A stretch of 64,000 nucleotides of DNA from an uncultured archaeon (lineage in GTDB: Archaea; Thermoplasmatota; Penumbrarchaeia; JASLWR01): contig CAYSHM010000006.1 of assembly GCA_964430885.1 (NCBI GenBank), positions 86,645-150,644 on the forward strand, given 5' to 3'. Position numbers and translations under genes: made by a program. The notes under the pieces were generated by a model that was not told the origin of the DNA, did not search any database, and saw only the letters and a program-made list of their open reading frames with translations. Below, one piece after another: positions 8,585 to 17,324 of the stretch (position 1 is its first letter; every line of letters starts with the position of its first letter).

Positions 8585-11500
8585 ATGGGAGTTCATCATA
8601 TGGCCGCAACTTTTTCAGGTAAGAAAGGTATCTATTCAGTTATTTTAATAATTATTATTATTTTATGTGGTTACTCAGGTTTTATCCCATTGGTGTTGAG
8701 GAATGAAGACCAATTTATATGTTCCTTATTGCCGTCCGATCCAAATTCTGAGGACAATGATGAGATTATAGATGGCAATATTGATAATGATATAATTACA
8801 AGAGGGAAAGGTTGGTTCTACCAAATGATCGACTTTCGGGACGAATCGGGTTTGGGGCAATCACCTTCTGCCAGATTTGACTCCATAGGGAATCTTCATG
8901 TAGGGTACGAGGATAGAGAAGCGGACCGCTTGAAATATACTTACTGGAACGGAAACCAATGGGATATCCAAGTAATTGCCGGTTCAGATCCGGGGGATCC
9001 CATTGATACGGAAGGGCGTCCTTATATGGTGCTTGATGATATTGATAGTCCCCATTTTGCCTATATTGATGATGATGAACACCTCAAGCACACTTACTGG
9101 GACAACGACCATTGGGCCCATGAAATTGTGGATGGCATTTCCCAGTGCAAGGGTTATACTCCTCTGGTAATAGATGGGAACGGCAGTATTCATGTGACGT
9201 ATTATGATTCTATTATTACTGCCTTGAAGTATGCCTATTTCGATGGTAATTTCTGGAATGCCACCGTTGTGGATTCATTCGGAGACGTGGGTGAGTATTG
9301 TTCAATAGCCGTGGATTCGGAGAACAATCCCCATATTAGCTATTTTAATGATTCGGCGGACGATCTTAAATATGCAACCTTTAACGGAATGTCCTGGAGC
9401 AACCAAACAGTTGATTCCACGGGTTTTGTAGGCCAATACACATCTATAGCAATCGGGACTGATCAGCACCCTAGGATCAGTTACAGAGACGTGACCAACC
9501 GATTTCTGAAATTTGCGTTCTTCTTCAACGGGAACTGGACCATCGAATCCGCAGATTCAACACCCCAGGATGTTGGAAAGGACTGCAGTCTTTTTCTGGA
9601 TTCATCGGATAATCCTCATATTTCATATTTTGATGATTCCTGGAATGACCTGAGGTATGTTCATCATGACGGTGAGCAGTGGAACATGGGGATAATAGAT
9701 TCCGATTCAACAGCTGGAGACTACACCTGTATTGCTCTAAATGGGACTGACAGTCCTCACATTTTTTATCATAGGGAAAATGACGGCGAGCATACCTTGG
9801 AATATGCAAATCTGATAGAGGAGTACAGCAACCCTTTCCTAATTTCAGATGAGACTGCCGAGTATGGTACTACAGGTGAAAAGCTCCAGTTCAATATAAG
9901 CGCGGGCGATAATTTTGCAGTTAAGAATGTTAAGGTGAATTGGGAACACAACGGAACCAGCGAGAACCTTTCCCTTGTTGAGGGTAATTCATTTTGGATT
10001 GGAGAGGCCGAAATAGAGCACGATTTGGCTACTCTAAACTATACTATCTACATAGAGGATTACTGTCAGAACCATTACAATAGCCATCAGTTCAGAGTAA
10101 ATATCAGTGATGATGACCTTCCGGTGATTATTGGTGATTCAAGTCCGAATTTCGGAACTACTGGTGATATTTTTAGATTTAATATAACTGCCTATGATAA
10201 TATTGGACTGGATACTATAAAAGTCAACTGGACCCATGGGAATCTGGCTGGAAATACTACATTGACCGAATCCATAGATGGCTATTGGAATTCCAGTATA
10301 ATACTTGATCATAACCTTAGCGATATGAACTATACTATCTTCATAAATGATACATCAAACAACAGCATAACAGTGCCGGGGGTACCAGTGAATATTTCAG
10401 ATGATGATCTTCCGGTTCTCATAGAAGACATGTCCCCTCTATCAGGAACAACAGGTGATGATTTCCTTATACAATTGTCACTGGATGATAATATAGGTGT
10501 TGAAGGTGCATTCGTGAACTGGAGTCACGGCGGTTTAGATGATAATATCTCCTTGGTGCTGCAAAGGGGTCGATGGACCAGGACAATACAGCTGGACCAT
10601 AACCTTTCTGATTTGCAGTACTATGTATTCTTCAATGATACCTCTGGTAACAGCAATGCAACCCCGGTTCTCAATATAGAAGTTCACGACAATGACCTTC
10701 CCTATCTGGATGACATAAGCCCTGACAATGGCACCACAGGGGATCCGTTCGAGTTCAGAATCACTACTGGAGACAATATAGATGTCGGAAGTGTTAATAT
10801 ATCCTGGGAACATGGGAATCTGAGCGGTAATGCTCCTCTTGCTGAGGAAGGCCCCAACCTTTGGATGGGCACCATCTTTCTCGACCATTCCATTGAACAT
10901 CTATCCTATTATGTGCAGGTAAATGATACCGCAGGCAACAGTGTCAATCATCAGGGGCCAATGGTCCATGTAATGGATAACGATGATCCTTTTATTCAGA
11001 ATGATAATTCCAGCGGCACAGGATCCACCGGTGATAATTACACGTTTTTGATACAGCCTTTGGATGATGTTTGGGTCAGCAGTGTGCTTGTCGACTGGAA
11101 TCACGGTGAGGCCGATGGCAGGCTAGAACTGATCAAGAACAATACTGGATTCTGGGAGGGCATTGTTTCTCTAGTTGATGATATTGGTGATCTGGAATAT
11201 ACAGTACAGATAAACGATAGTTCGGGAAATTATCACATTAGTTCCAAGCGTTTCATTATGATATTGGATAATGATATTCCTATGATTAGGGAGAACAACT
11301 GTCCGAATTTCGGGACCACTGGCGATGAATATATTTTCAGTATGGAACCATGGGATAATATCGAGGTTGATAGTGTCAATGTGAGTTTTAATCATGGTCC
11401 GATGGATGAAAACATTGAGCTAGAAAAAGGACTTGGTGATTCCTGGTCTGCTAAGATTTACATGGCTCATTCTCTATCGAATCTCGAATATTCCTTTCAG

Positions 11501-13192
11501 GTAAATGATACTTCAGGTAATTTTTATCGAAATGAATTGACAAATGTCCAAGTATTCGATAACGATGACCCCCAATTCATATCCAATCTTACCCTTGGGA
11601 CCTCAACAACCGGGGGAAATATCATATTCAAAATCAATGCCAAGGACAATATTGGGATACAGAGCGTGAAAGTGCAGTACAGTTATGGTGAGCCCTGGGC
11701 CGAATTCACCTACTTGATTCCATATGTAGGCAATTTCACCTATGAAAAGACCATTGTGACATATGATACCATTGATCCCCTGTTTTACCGATTCATTATT
11801 GAAGATAGCAATGGTAACTCTTTCACCACTGATTATTCACCCATACTGATATCGGATAATGACGATCCGGTTATTATACATGATGATACCCCCCGGCGGG
11901 TATCTCTGCTGGAATTCCTGAATTTCCAAGTCAATACGGTAGATAATGTGGGGCTGGACAATGTCAAGGTGTATTTTGGATACGGAGTAAATGTAAACCT
12001 TACAATTCTGGAACTGACTTCAAACGAGCAGATGGAAGAAAATTATACCGGTATTCTAGTCCTGGACATCAATGCAACAGCTGATCTTCTATATTTTATC
12101 CGGGCAGTTGATACAAGCGGCAACCAAGCAACTACAAAAATGAAAATGATCAATATATCTGAACTCCATGAGGATTTTGACGGCGATGGAATAATAGATT
12201 TTAGGGATGAAGATGATGACAACGATACCATCCCGGATGACTGGGAGATCAATTTCGGTCTTAACCCTTACAACCGATCTGACAGTTCAAATGACATGGA
12301 AGGAGACGGACTTATGAACCTCTATGAATACCAGAATGGTTTGAATCCGACCTCCAACGATACAGATAATGACGGAATGCCTGACGGTTGGGAGGTCATA
12401 AACAATTTGGATCCCTTGAAGAACGATGCGAATCTCGATCCAGATCGGGATAATCTGCCGAATACTGACGAATACCGAATTGGAAGTGATCCCCGAAATC
12501 ATGATTCAGACGGTGATTACTGGACAGATGGTGATGAGGTTACAAGAGGCTCTGATCCCCTTGATATCAATTCTTTCCCTTCGGATCCGGGAGATGATGG
12601 AATACTCTTTAATCTGTTTGGAATTGGTATAGATATAAAGGATATATTGGGTATTACCGCGTCCCTGCTTTCCTTCCTTCTAGCATATCTACTGTTAACC
12701 AGAAGAAGACGAAAGTATCAGCATTATGTTTTGAAAATTGCCGAGATCAATGATCTTGATAAGCTGGTTGAATATTATCGGGTGGAAATATTAACTGCCA
12801 TCAAGAATGAGCAGATCACACCTCATCATGCAGTAATAATCAAAGAGGATTATACCAAACGCAGGGAAGAATTACAGGATATGGATAATTCCGGGGACGG
12901 ATCGAGAGAGGAAATCGCACATTCTTCAATTTCAAAAGAAGATGATGAACAGGATTCCGAAAGTGATGAAGCAGGTTTTTCAGCCCCAGTCCTTGACGAA
13001 GATCAACACCCGGAACAGAATGACCATGATGTCGATGAAATTCTAACCGATTCAGAAAAATCAGCCGATGATTTTGAGACCAGTCCTGATGATGATGAAG
13101 ATGATGTTGATTTTGAGATCGATACTTCCTTTGATGAAGACGACAATGTAATAACTCCGGCTGATCTTTTTGAGGATAACTTCGATATGTAG
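8585..13192 (+). CDS. Large membrane-anchored surface protein: 7-blade beta-propeller, 8 Ig-like repeats, DxDxDG Ca-binding repeats, TM, acidic tail
   Basis: N-terminal hydrophobic segment; seven repeats of W...VD..G.VG.Y.SIA.D...PHISY...LKYA; eight ~97-aa GTTGD..DNIG repeats; D.DGDG.PD.WE motifs; TM followed by RRRRK. Confidence 0.75.
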   Translation: MGVHHMAATFSGKKGIYSVILIIIIILCGYSGFIPLVLRNEDQFICSLLPSDPNSEDNDEIIDGNIDNDIITRGKGWFYQMIDFRDESGLGQSPSARFDSIGNLHVGYEDREADRLKYTYWNGNQWDIQVIAGSDPGDPIDTEGRPYMVLDDIDSPHFAYIDDDEHLKHTYWDNDHWAHEIVDGISQCKGYTPLVIDGNGSIHVTYYDSIITALKYAYFDGNFWNATVVDSFGDVGEYCSIAVDSENNPHISYFNDSADDLKYATFNGMSWSNQTVDSTGFVGQYTSIAIGTDQHPRISYRDVTNRFLKFAFFFNGNWTIESADSTPQDVGKDCSLFLDSSDNPHISYFDDSWNDLRYVHHDGEQWNMGIIDSDSTAGDYTCIALNGTDSPHIFYHRENDGEHTLEYANLIEEYSNPFLISDETAEYGTTGEKLQFNISAGDNFAVKNVKVNWEHNGTSENLSLVEGNSFWIGEAEIEHDLATLNYTIYIEDYCQNHYNSHQFRVNISDDDLPVIIGDSSPNFGTTGDIFRFNITAYDNIGLDTIKVNWTHGNLAGNTTLTESIDGYWNSSIILDHNLSDMNYTIFINDTSNNSITVPGVPVNISDDDLPVLIEDMSPLSGTTGDDFLIQLSLDDNIGVEGAFVNWSHGGLDDNISLVLQRGRWTRTIQLDHNLSDLQYYVFFNDTSGNSNATPVLNIEVHDNDLPYLDDISPDNGTTGDPFEFRITTGDNIDVGSVNISWEHGNLSGNAPLAEEGPNLWMGTIFLDHSIEHLSYYVQVNDTAGNSVNHQGPMVHVMDNDDPFIQNDNSSGTGSTGDNYTFLIQPLDDVWVSSVLVDWNHGEADGRLELIKNNTGFWEGIVSLVDDIGDLEYTVQINDSSGNYHISSKRFIMILDNDIPMIRENNCPNFGTTGDEYIFSMEPWDNIEVDSVNVSFNHGPMDENIELEKGLGDSWSAKIYMAHSLSNLEYSFQVNDTSGNFYRNELTNVQVFDNDDPQFISNLTLGTSTTGGNIIFKINAKDNIGIQSVKVQYSYGEPWAEFTYLIPYVGNFTYEKTIVTYDTIDPLFYRFIIEDSNGNSFTTDYSPILISDNDDPVIIHDDTPRRVSLLEFLNFQVNTVDNVGLDNVKVYFGYGVNVNLTILELTSNEQMEENYTGILVLDINATADLLYFIRAVDTSGNQATTKMKMINISELHEDFDGDGIIDFRDEDDDNDTIPDDWEINFGLNPYNRSDSSNDMEGDGLMNLYEYQNGLNPTSNDTDNDGMPDGWEVINNLDPLKNDANLDPDRDNLPNTDEYRIGSDPRNHDSDGDYWTDGDEVTRGSDPLDINSFPSDPGDDGILFNLFGIGIDIKDILGITASLLSFLLAYLLLTRRRRKYQHYVLKIAEINDLDKLVEYYRVEILTAIKNEQITPHHAVIIKEDYTKRREELQDMDNSGDGSREEIAHSSISKEDDEQDSESDEAGFSAPVLDEDQHPEQNDHDVDEILTDSEKSADDFETSPDDDEDDVDFEIDTSFDEDDNVITPADLFEDNFDM

Positions 13193-13268
13193 AAAATGGG
13201 GGAAAATGAAAACTTGATGAGAATATGATGGTAAATTCAATATTTATTACCATTTTTATGTTCAATGG

Positions 13269-14189
13269 GTGTTAAATTTGGATGGGACAGTCTCTAAAGA
13301 GTTCAGGAAGGATATCGTGAACAGTTATTCAGGTCTAGAGGAATTGCCGCGCTTTCCGATTCTAGATAATCATTTGCATCTGGACCCCTCAGGTTGCGCC
13401 CCCCGAGTATTGAAGGATTTTGTTGATTTTGGAGGTACCCATATTGTAGTGGTTCACAAACCCTATCGGCAGAGACCCATTTTAAAAAAGGATGATTTCA
13501 ATAAGAGCTTTGATATTACTGTAGGTCTTGCAGATAACATAGAGAACGATACTCCCCTCTCAGTAATCAAAATGATAGGTCCTTATCCGGTGAACCTTAT
13601 TCATCTGGAAAAAAAACACGGACTTGAAAAAGCTGAGGATATAATGATCCAAGGTATGGAATTGGCTGGCAAGTATGTCGAAGAAGGGAAGGCTCAGGGC
13701 ATAGGGGAGATAGGTCGGCCTCATTTTGATGTGCATCCCGAAATAATCGATGCATCCAACCGAATACTAGAGCATGGCCTTTCAATTGCCAGTGATCTGG
13801 AGTGTCCGGTTCATCTTCATACAGAGTCGGGGAATTCCGAACTTTTTCTGGAGATATCATATATGGCAAAAAGAGCCGGTTGTGATCTGGACAAGGTTGT
13901 GAAGCATTTCTCGGGACCAATGGTGGATCTTATTGAAAACCATGGTCTTTTTCCATCCGTTCTAGCAAGCAGCAGAAATGTGAAAACCGCAGTTGTCAAG
14001 AATACTAGATTTGTAATGGAAACAGATTATATGGATGATCCCAAAAGACCTGGGGCCGTGATGGTTCCCAAGACCATACCTAAAAGGACATTTGAATTGA
14101 TATCCAAAGGTCTTTTGGATGAAAAGGGAGTATATGATATTCATTCATATTGGCCAGGCCGGATCTACAACATGGATTTTGATCTGTAG
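13269..14189 (+). CDS. Archaeal TatD-related metal-dependent hydrolase
   Basis: DNHLHLD, GEIGRPHF, HLHTE, VVKHF and METDYMDDPKRPGAVM.PKTIP motifs. Confidence 0.85.
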   Translation: MLNLDGTVSKEFRKDIVNSYSGLEELPRFPILDNHLHLDPSGCAPRVLKDFVDFGGTHIVVVHKPYRQRPILKKDDFNKSFDITVGLADNIENDTPLSVIKMIGPYPVNLIHLEKKHGLEKAEDIMIQGMELAGKYVEEGKAQGIGEIGRPHFDVHPEIIDASNRILEHGLSIASDLECPVHLHTESGNSELFLEISYMAKRAGCDLDKVVKHFSGPMVDLIENHGLFPSVLASSRNVKTAVVKNTRFVMETDYMDDPKRPGAVMVPKTIPKRTFELISKGLLDEKGVYDIHSYWPGRIYNMDFDL

Positions 14190-14241
14190 TAATAATGGGC
14201 TGATATTGATCAATAGGATGTATGCTAGGCCCCTCTAAATC

Positions 14242-15192
14242 TCATTTTTTCTTCTTGCCCTTCTTATTTTCCTCGCCTAAATTGAGTTTGCCAGTATTTA
14301 GAAGTATTTTGAGGTCTTCAAGTCCCATCTTTTCGCTGTTATCAAGCTTCTTCTTGGCCACTGCTATCTTTTCTCTCTTGGAAAGCCTGATCCTGTCCCC
14401 CTTGAACCTGCTTTTCTTTCTCTTCAGATAAGAATGATCCTTTCGAATACGGTCCTTGGCCATTTTCACTGCCTGGGTAGTGAGGTTCAGATCATTCACC
14501 TCTCTTTTGAGATCCTCAATCTTTTTCTTGATGTCGTCAATGTTCTTGCTGACATTGTTCTTCTCCTTGAACTTGGCAATGGATTCAAAATGTGCATCCT
14601 GTGAGGTTTTTTTAATCTCATTTATTTCTTGAAGAATCGTATTCTTTTTCTTCTCGTTTTCCTTGAGCTGGTGATAGTTTTCTGTGATTTTCTGATGTTT
14701 CTCATCCGCTATTGCGGATATTTGTGTTCTCTTTCTTAGATCTATGAACATCGAATAAATGCGTATCTCTTCCTTGAGGCTAATCTCTCTGGTCAATAAG
14801 GTCTTGAACTGCTCAATTAGTGAATTCTCAAGATAACCCAGGGTTCCTCTGGCTTCTTTGTTGAATTCGTTTCTTTCGCCCTTGAGTTCCTTTATATTTT
14901 CCGCATGTTTATCCATGTTCTTCTGGTATTTCTTGAAATCGTTCCACATTGGTTTGAGTTTTGTCTGAAGTGCATCCCTCTTTTTCTGGAGCTCCTTCCC
15001 TTCCTTTATCAGTTTTTTAACCAGTGCGATCTGTTCCCCTTTCTTCTTGTAGAGTTCATCTATCTCATTTCTTTTCCGGTCTATTAACGTTATTGTATCA
15101 CTAAGCTTTTTTTCCTTGGATTGGGAGAGCTTCTCCTTGCTTTGTATAGCTTTATCAAGTTCTTCCTTTGTCTCGAATATTTCCTGCGGCAT
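14242..15192 (-). CDS. Archaeal coiled-coil protein (COG1340-like)
   Basis: Continuous heptads; C-terminal KMGLEDLKILL resembles the family end motif. ATG at 15192 follows a GGGGAG RBS (track start 15267). Confidence 0.6.
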   Translation of the reverse strand: MPQEIFETKEELDKAIQSKEKLSQSKEKKLSDTITLIDRKRNEIDELYKKKGEQIALVKKLIKEGKELQKKRDALQTKLKPMWNDFKKYQKNMDKHAENIKELKGERNEFNKEARGTLGYLENSLIEQFKTLLTREISLKEEIRIYSMFIDLRKRTQISAIADEKHQKITENYHQLKENEKKKNTILQEINEIKKTSQDAHFESIAKFKEKNNVSKNIDDIKKKIEDLKREVNDLNLTTQAVKMAKDRIRKDHSYLKRKKSRFKGDRIRLSKREKIAVAKKKLDNSEKMGLEDLKILLNTGKLNLGEENKKGKKKK

Positions 15193-15193
15193 A

Positions 15194-16351
15194 TTACTCC
15201 CCCCTATCTTCTGCTTTTTCGGGTGTTCCGTTTCCCTTTTTATCTTCCCCAGTTTCCTTCGGATCATTTTTTTCTTCAGGTTCTTCGATTAATTCGAACT
15301 CAATAATACTGCTCTGTTCTTCAAGTTTTTTGTCATCTGTTTCCTTTTGATCCTTATCCGTTTTCTTTTCATCTTCCTTGGTCTTGATCACCTTTTCCGG
15401 ACGATCGGCGGACACTTCATTTATTTTTTCTTTGTTCTCAATAGAGGCACCCTGTGGTTCGGAAGTTTCTTGTTTTTCCTTAATTTCCTTTTCCACACCC
15501 GCTACATTTTCCGCCATTTTTCTCTTGGTCTCACCTTTAACCACAATAGGTTTGTCATTTTTTGTTTTTATTTCCTTCTCTTTATAAACCGGTATTTCCC
15601 TGTTTGTCCAATATTCCAACGCTTCATCGTGCTTTATTATCCATCTCTTCATCCTTTCCAGTTCCCAGTTGTTTGTATTGAATTCCTTTTTAATTTTAAC
15701 AAGTTCTTCATGATGGACGTTTCCTTCCTTGACAAGTTCAAGCATGGTACCATGAACCTTTTCCTTATCCACCATTGTTTGGAGGATCTCCTTTTCAAGC
15801 CGGGATATTTCATCCTCCCTTTCCTTATCCTTTTCAATACGTCTGTTGATCTTGTTGATCTGGGCATAACACAGTTTTGCCTCTTCCATTAACCGCCTTT
15901 CGGTTTCAAGGTCGATACCTTCAGTCTCCAGTTTCCAATCTACATCTCTCAGTTGGGATTGGTACATTCTCATTCGTTTGCTGTCATCGGATGATAATTT
16001 GGATTCATTTATCAGGGTCAGATAACGGTCTTTGTTTTCCTTGATTTTCCTGAAAAGAGAGGTACGTATTTCCTTCTTCTCCTGAACCATTTTATTATAA
16101 TTATCCCTCTCTTTTTGGATAGTCTTGATCTTATCCTCAAGTCCGGGCAGGGTCTTTTCCAGTTCCAGGATTTTATCCTTGTAAGTACTAGCAAAAGTAT
16201 CATGTTTCTGAATAACTAAGGATATCAACCGCTCCTCAGTTATGGTCTTCAAGTCTTCATTCTGGATGATTCCCTCTGCATTCTGTATTATTTCCTTCAA
16301 AATAATCCCTCTAAAATTAAAAATATATTGGTTGTAAAAAGATTTCAACAA
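15194..16351 (-). CDS. Archaeal coiled-coil protein (COG1340-like) with charged C-terminal tail
   Basis: Heptad repeats; core LRDVDWKLETEGIDLETERRLMEE. The real start is probably TTG at 16300 after a GAGGG RBS. Confidence 0.6.
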   Translation of the reverse strand: MLKSFYNQYIFNFRGIILKEIIQNAEGIIQNEDLKTITEERLISLVIQKHDTFASTYKDKILELEKTLPGLEDKIKTIQKERDNYNKMVQEKKEIRTSLFRKIKENKDRYLTLINESKLSSDDSKRMRMYQSQLRDVDWKLETEGIDLETERRLMEEAKLCYAQINKINRRIEKDKEREDEISRLEKEILQTMVDKEKVHGTMLELVKEGNVHHEELVKIKKEFNTNNWELERMKRWIIKHDEALEYWTNREIPVYKEKEIKTKNDKPIVVKGETKRKMAENVAGVEKEIKEKQETSEPQGASIENKEKINEVSADRPEKVIKTKEDEKKTDKDQKETDDKKLEEQSSIIEFELIEEPEEKNDPKETGEDKKGNGTPEKAEDRGE

Positions 16352-16389
16352 AAACCATTATTGCAACATTTTATGGATAATAAAAGAAA

Positions 16390-16412
16390 GAAGGGGAGCC
16401 ACGTTCCCCTTC
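16390..16412 (-). terminator. Probable intrinsic terminator hairpin
   Basis: GAAGGGGA-gccacgt-TCCCCTTC perfect 8-bp stem, followed on the minus strand by TTTCTTTTATT, ~80 nt after the stop at 16492. Confidence 0.5.
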
Positions 16413-16491
16413 CATGCATTTTTATTTTTCAATTACCGGATTGTTAGTTTGTTGTTTTTCAAAAAATGTTTGTTTCAAGTTTCATCCTTGA

Positions 16492-17055
16492 TTATCTAAG
16501 ACGTCCTCTGGCACCGCAGTTAGAGCAGGTGATTTCAATGGGTCTCTCATCAGAGGTAACTGTGATATTACTTCCGCACTTGGGACACTTGATCTTTGTT
16601 GCCTCCTTCTTCTCCTCTTCCTCTTCCTCTTCCTCTTCTTCTTCGCCCCATTGTTCTTCAGTTTCCTCTTCTTCCTCTTCCTCTTCCTCTTCTTCTACCT
16701 CTTCTTCCTCCTCCACTTCCTCTTCCTCTTCCACTTCCTCTTCCACTTTTTCTTCTACTGGTTTGGATCCCCTGGAACTAAGATAATCGGAAAGTGCTGC
16801 ACGAACTACATCACCAACGGAAACTTTTTCCTCACTCATTACTTTATTAACGCCCATAACTATCTTCTCAGGTATAACAACATGGATCTCCTCTGCGCCG
16901 TCCAATTCCTCTTCCAGATTTTCCAGAGCTCCAGCCATTGTGCTGATCCTCATGTCGCCATTTGCCATTTTGTCCTGAATTCGGGCTACTATTTCTTCCT
17001 TGGTGAGCCATTCTCCTGATACCTGTATTGTACCTTCATCAAGATTGATTTTCAT
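16492..17055 (-). CDS. Hypothetical protein: helical N-domain, ribbon-helix-helix-like segment, poly-Glu linker, C-terminal zinc ribbon
   Basis: IHVVIPEKIVMGVNKV....SVGDVVRAALSDYL (RHH-like); E-rich tract; KCPKCGSNITVTSDERPIEITCSNCGARGRL; GGGGG RBS. Confidence 0.65.
   Translation of the reverse strand: MKINLDEGTIQVSGEWLTKEEIVARIQDKMANGDMRISTMAGALENLEEELDGAEEIHVVIPEKIVMGVNKVMSEEKVSVGDVVRAALSDYLSSRGSKPVEEKVEEEVEEEEEVEEEEEVEEEEEEEEEEETEEQWGEEEEEEEEEEEKKEATKIKCPKCGSNITVTSDERPIEITCSNCGARGRLR
16600..16760. repeat. Low-complexity GAA/GAG tract encoding a poly-Glu linker
   Basis: Runs of TCTTCC/TCC on the + strand, in frame within 16492..17055. Confidence 0.8.
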
Positions 17056-17324
17056 TGTATAATTCCCCCTTTGTAAGGTTGCTTATAATATCATATCGAC
17101 ACATTATCATATTATTCAGTGCGTTCTATTTAGATATGAATTGTGCTATATATTATTTCTCTTGTATTTATTTATTCCGCTGTTACTCTATTACTGTACA
17201 CCACCATGGTTTATGAATAATAATCAGTTTTTTTTTATTCCTTCAATGGTCTATTGTTGAATGCAATTATTCAGATGTGATTGGTAAACCACATAGGAGC
17301 TAACGATTTCAGTTTCAATTGGTT

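Noticed and set aside
16466-17019. Plus-strand poly-Ser, Pro/Leu and Phe-rich ORFs
   Set aside because: Antisense shadows of the poly-Glu tract in 16492..17055.
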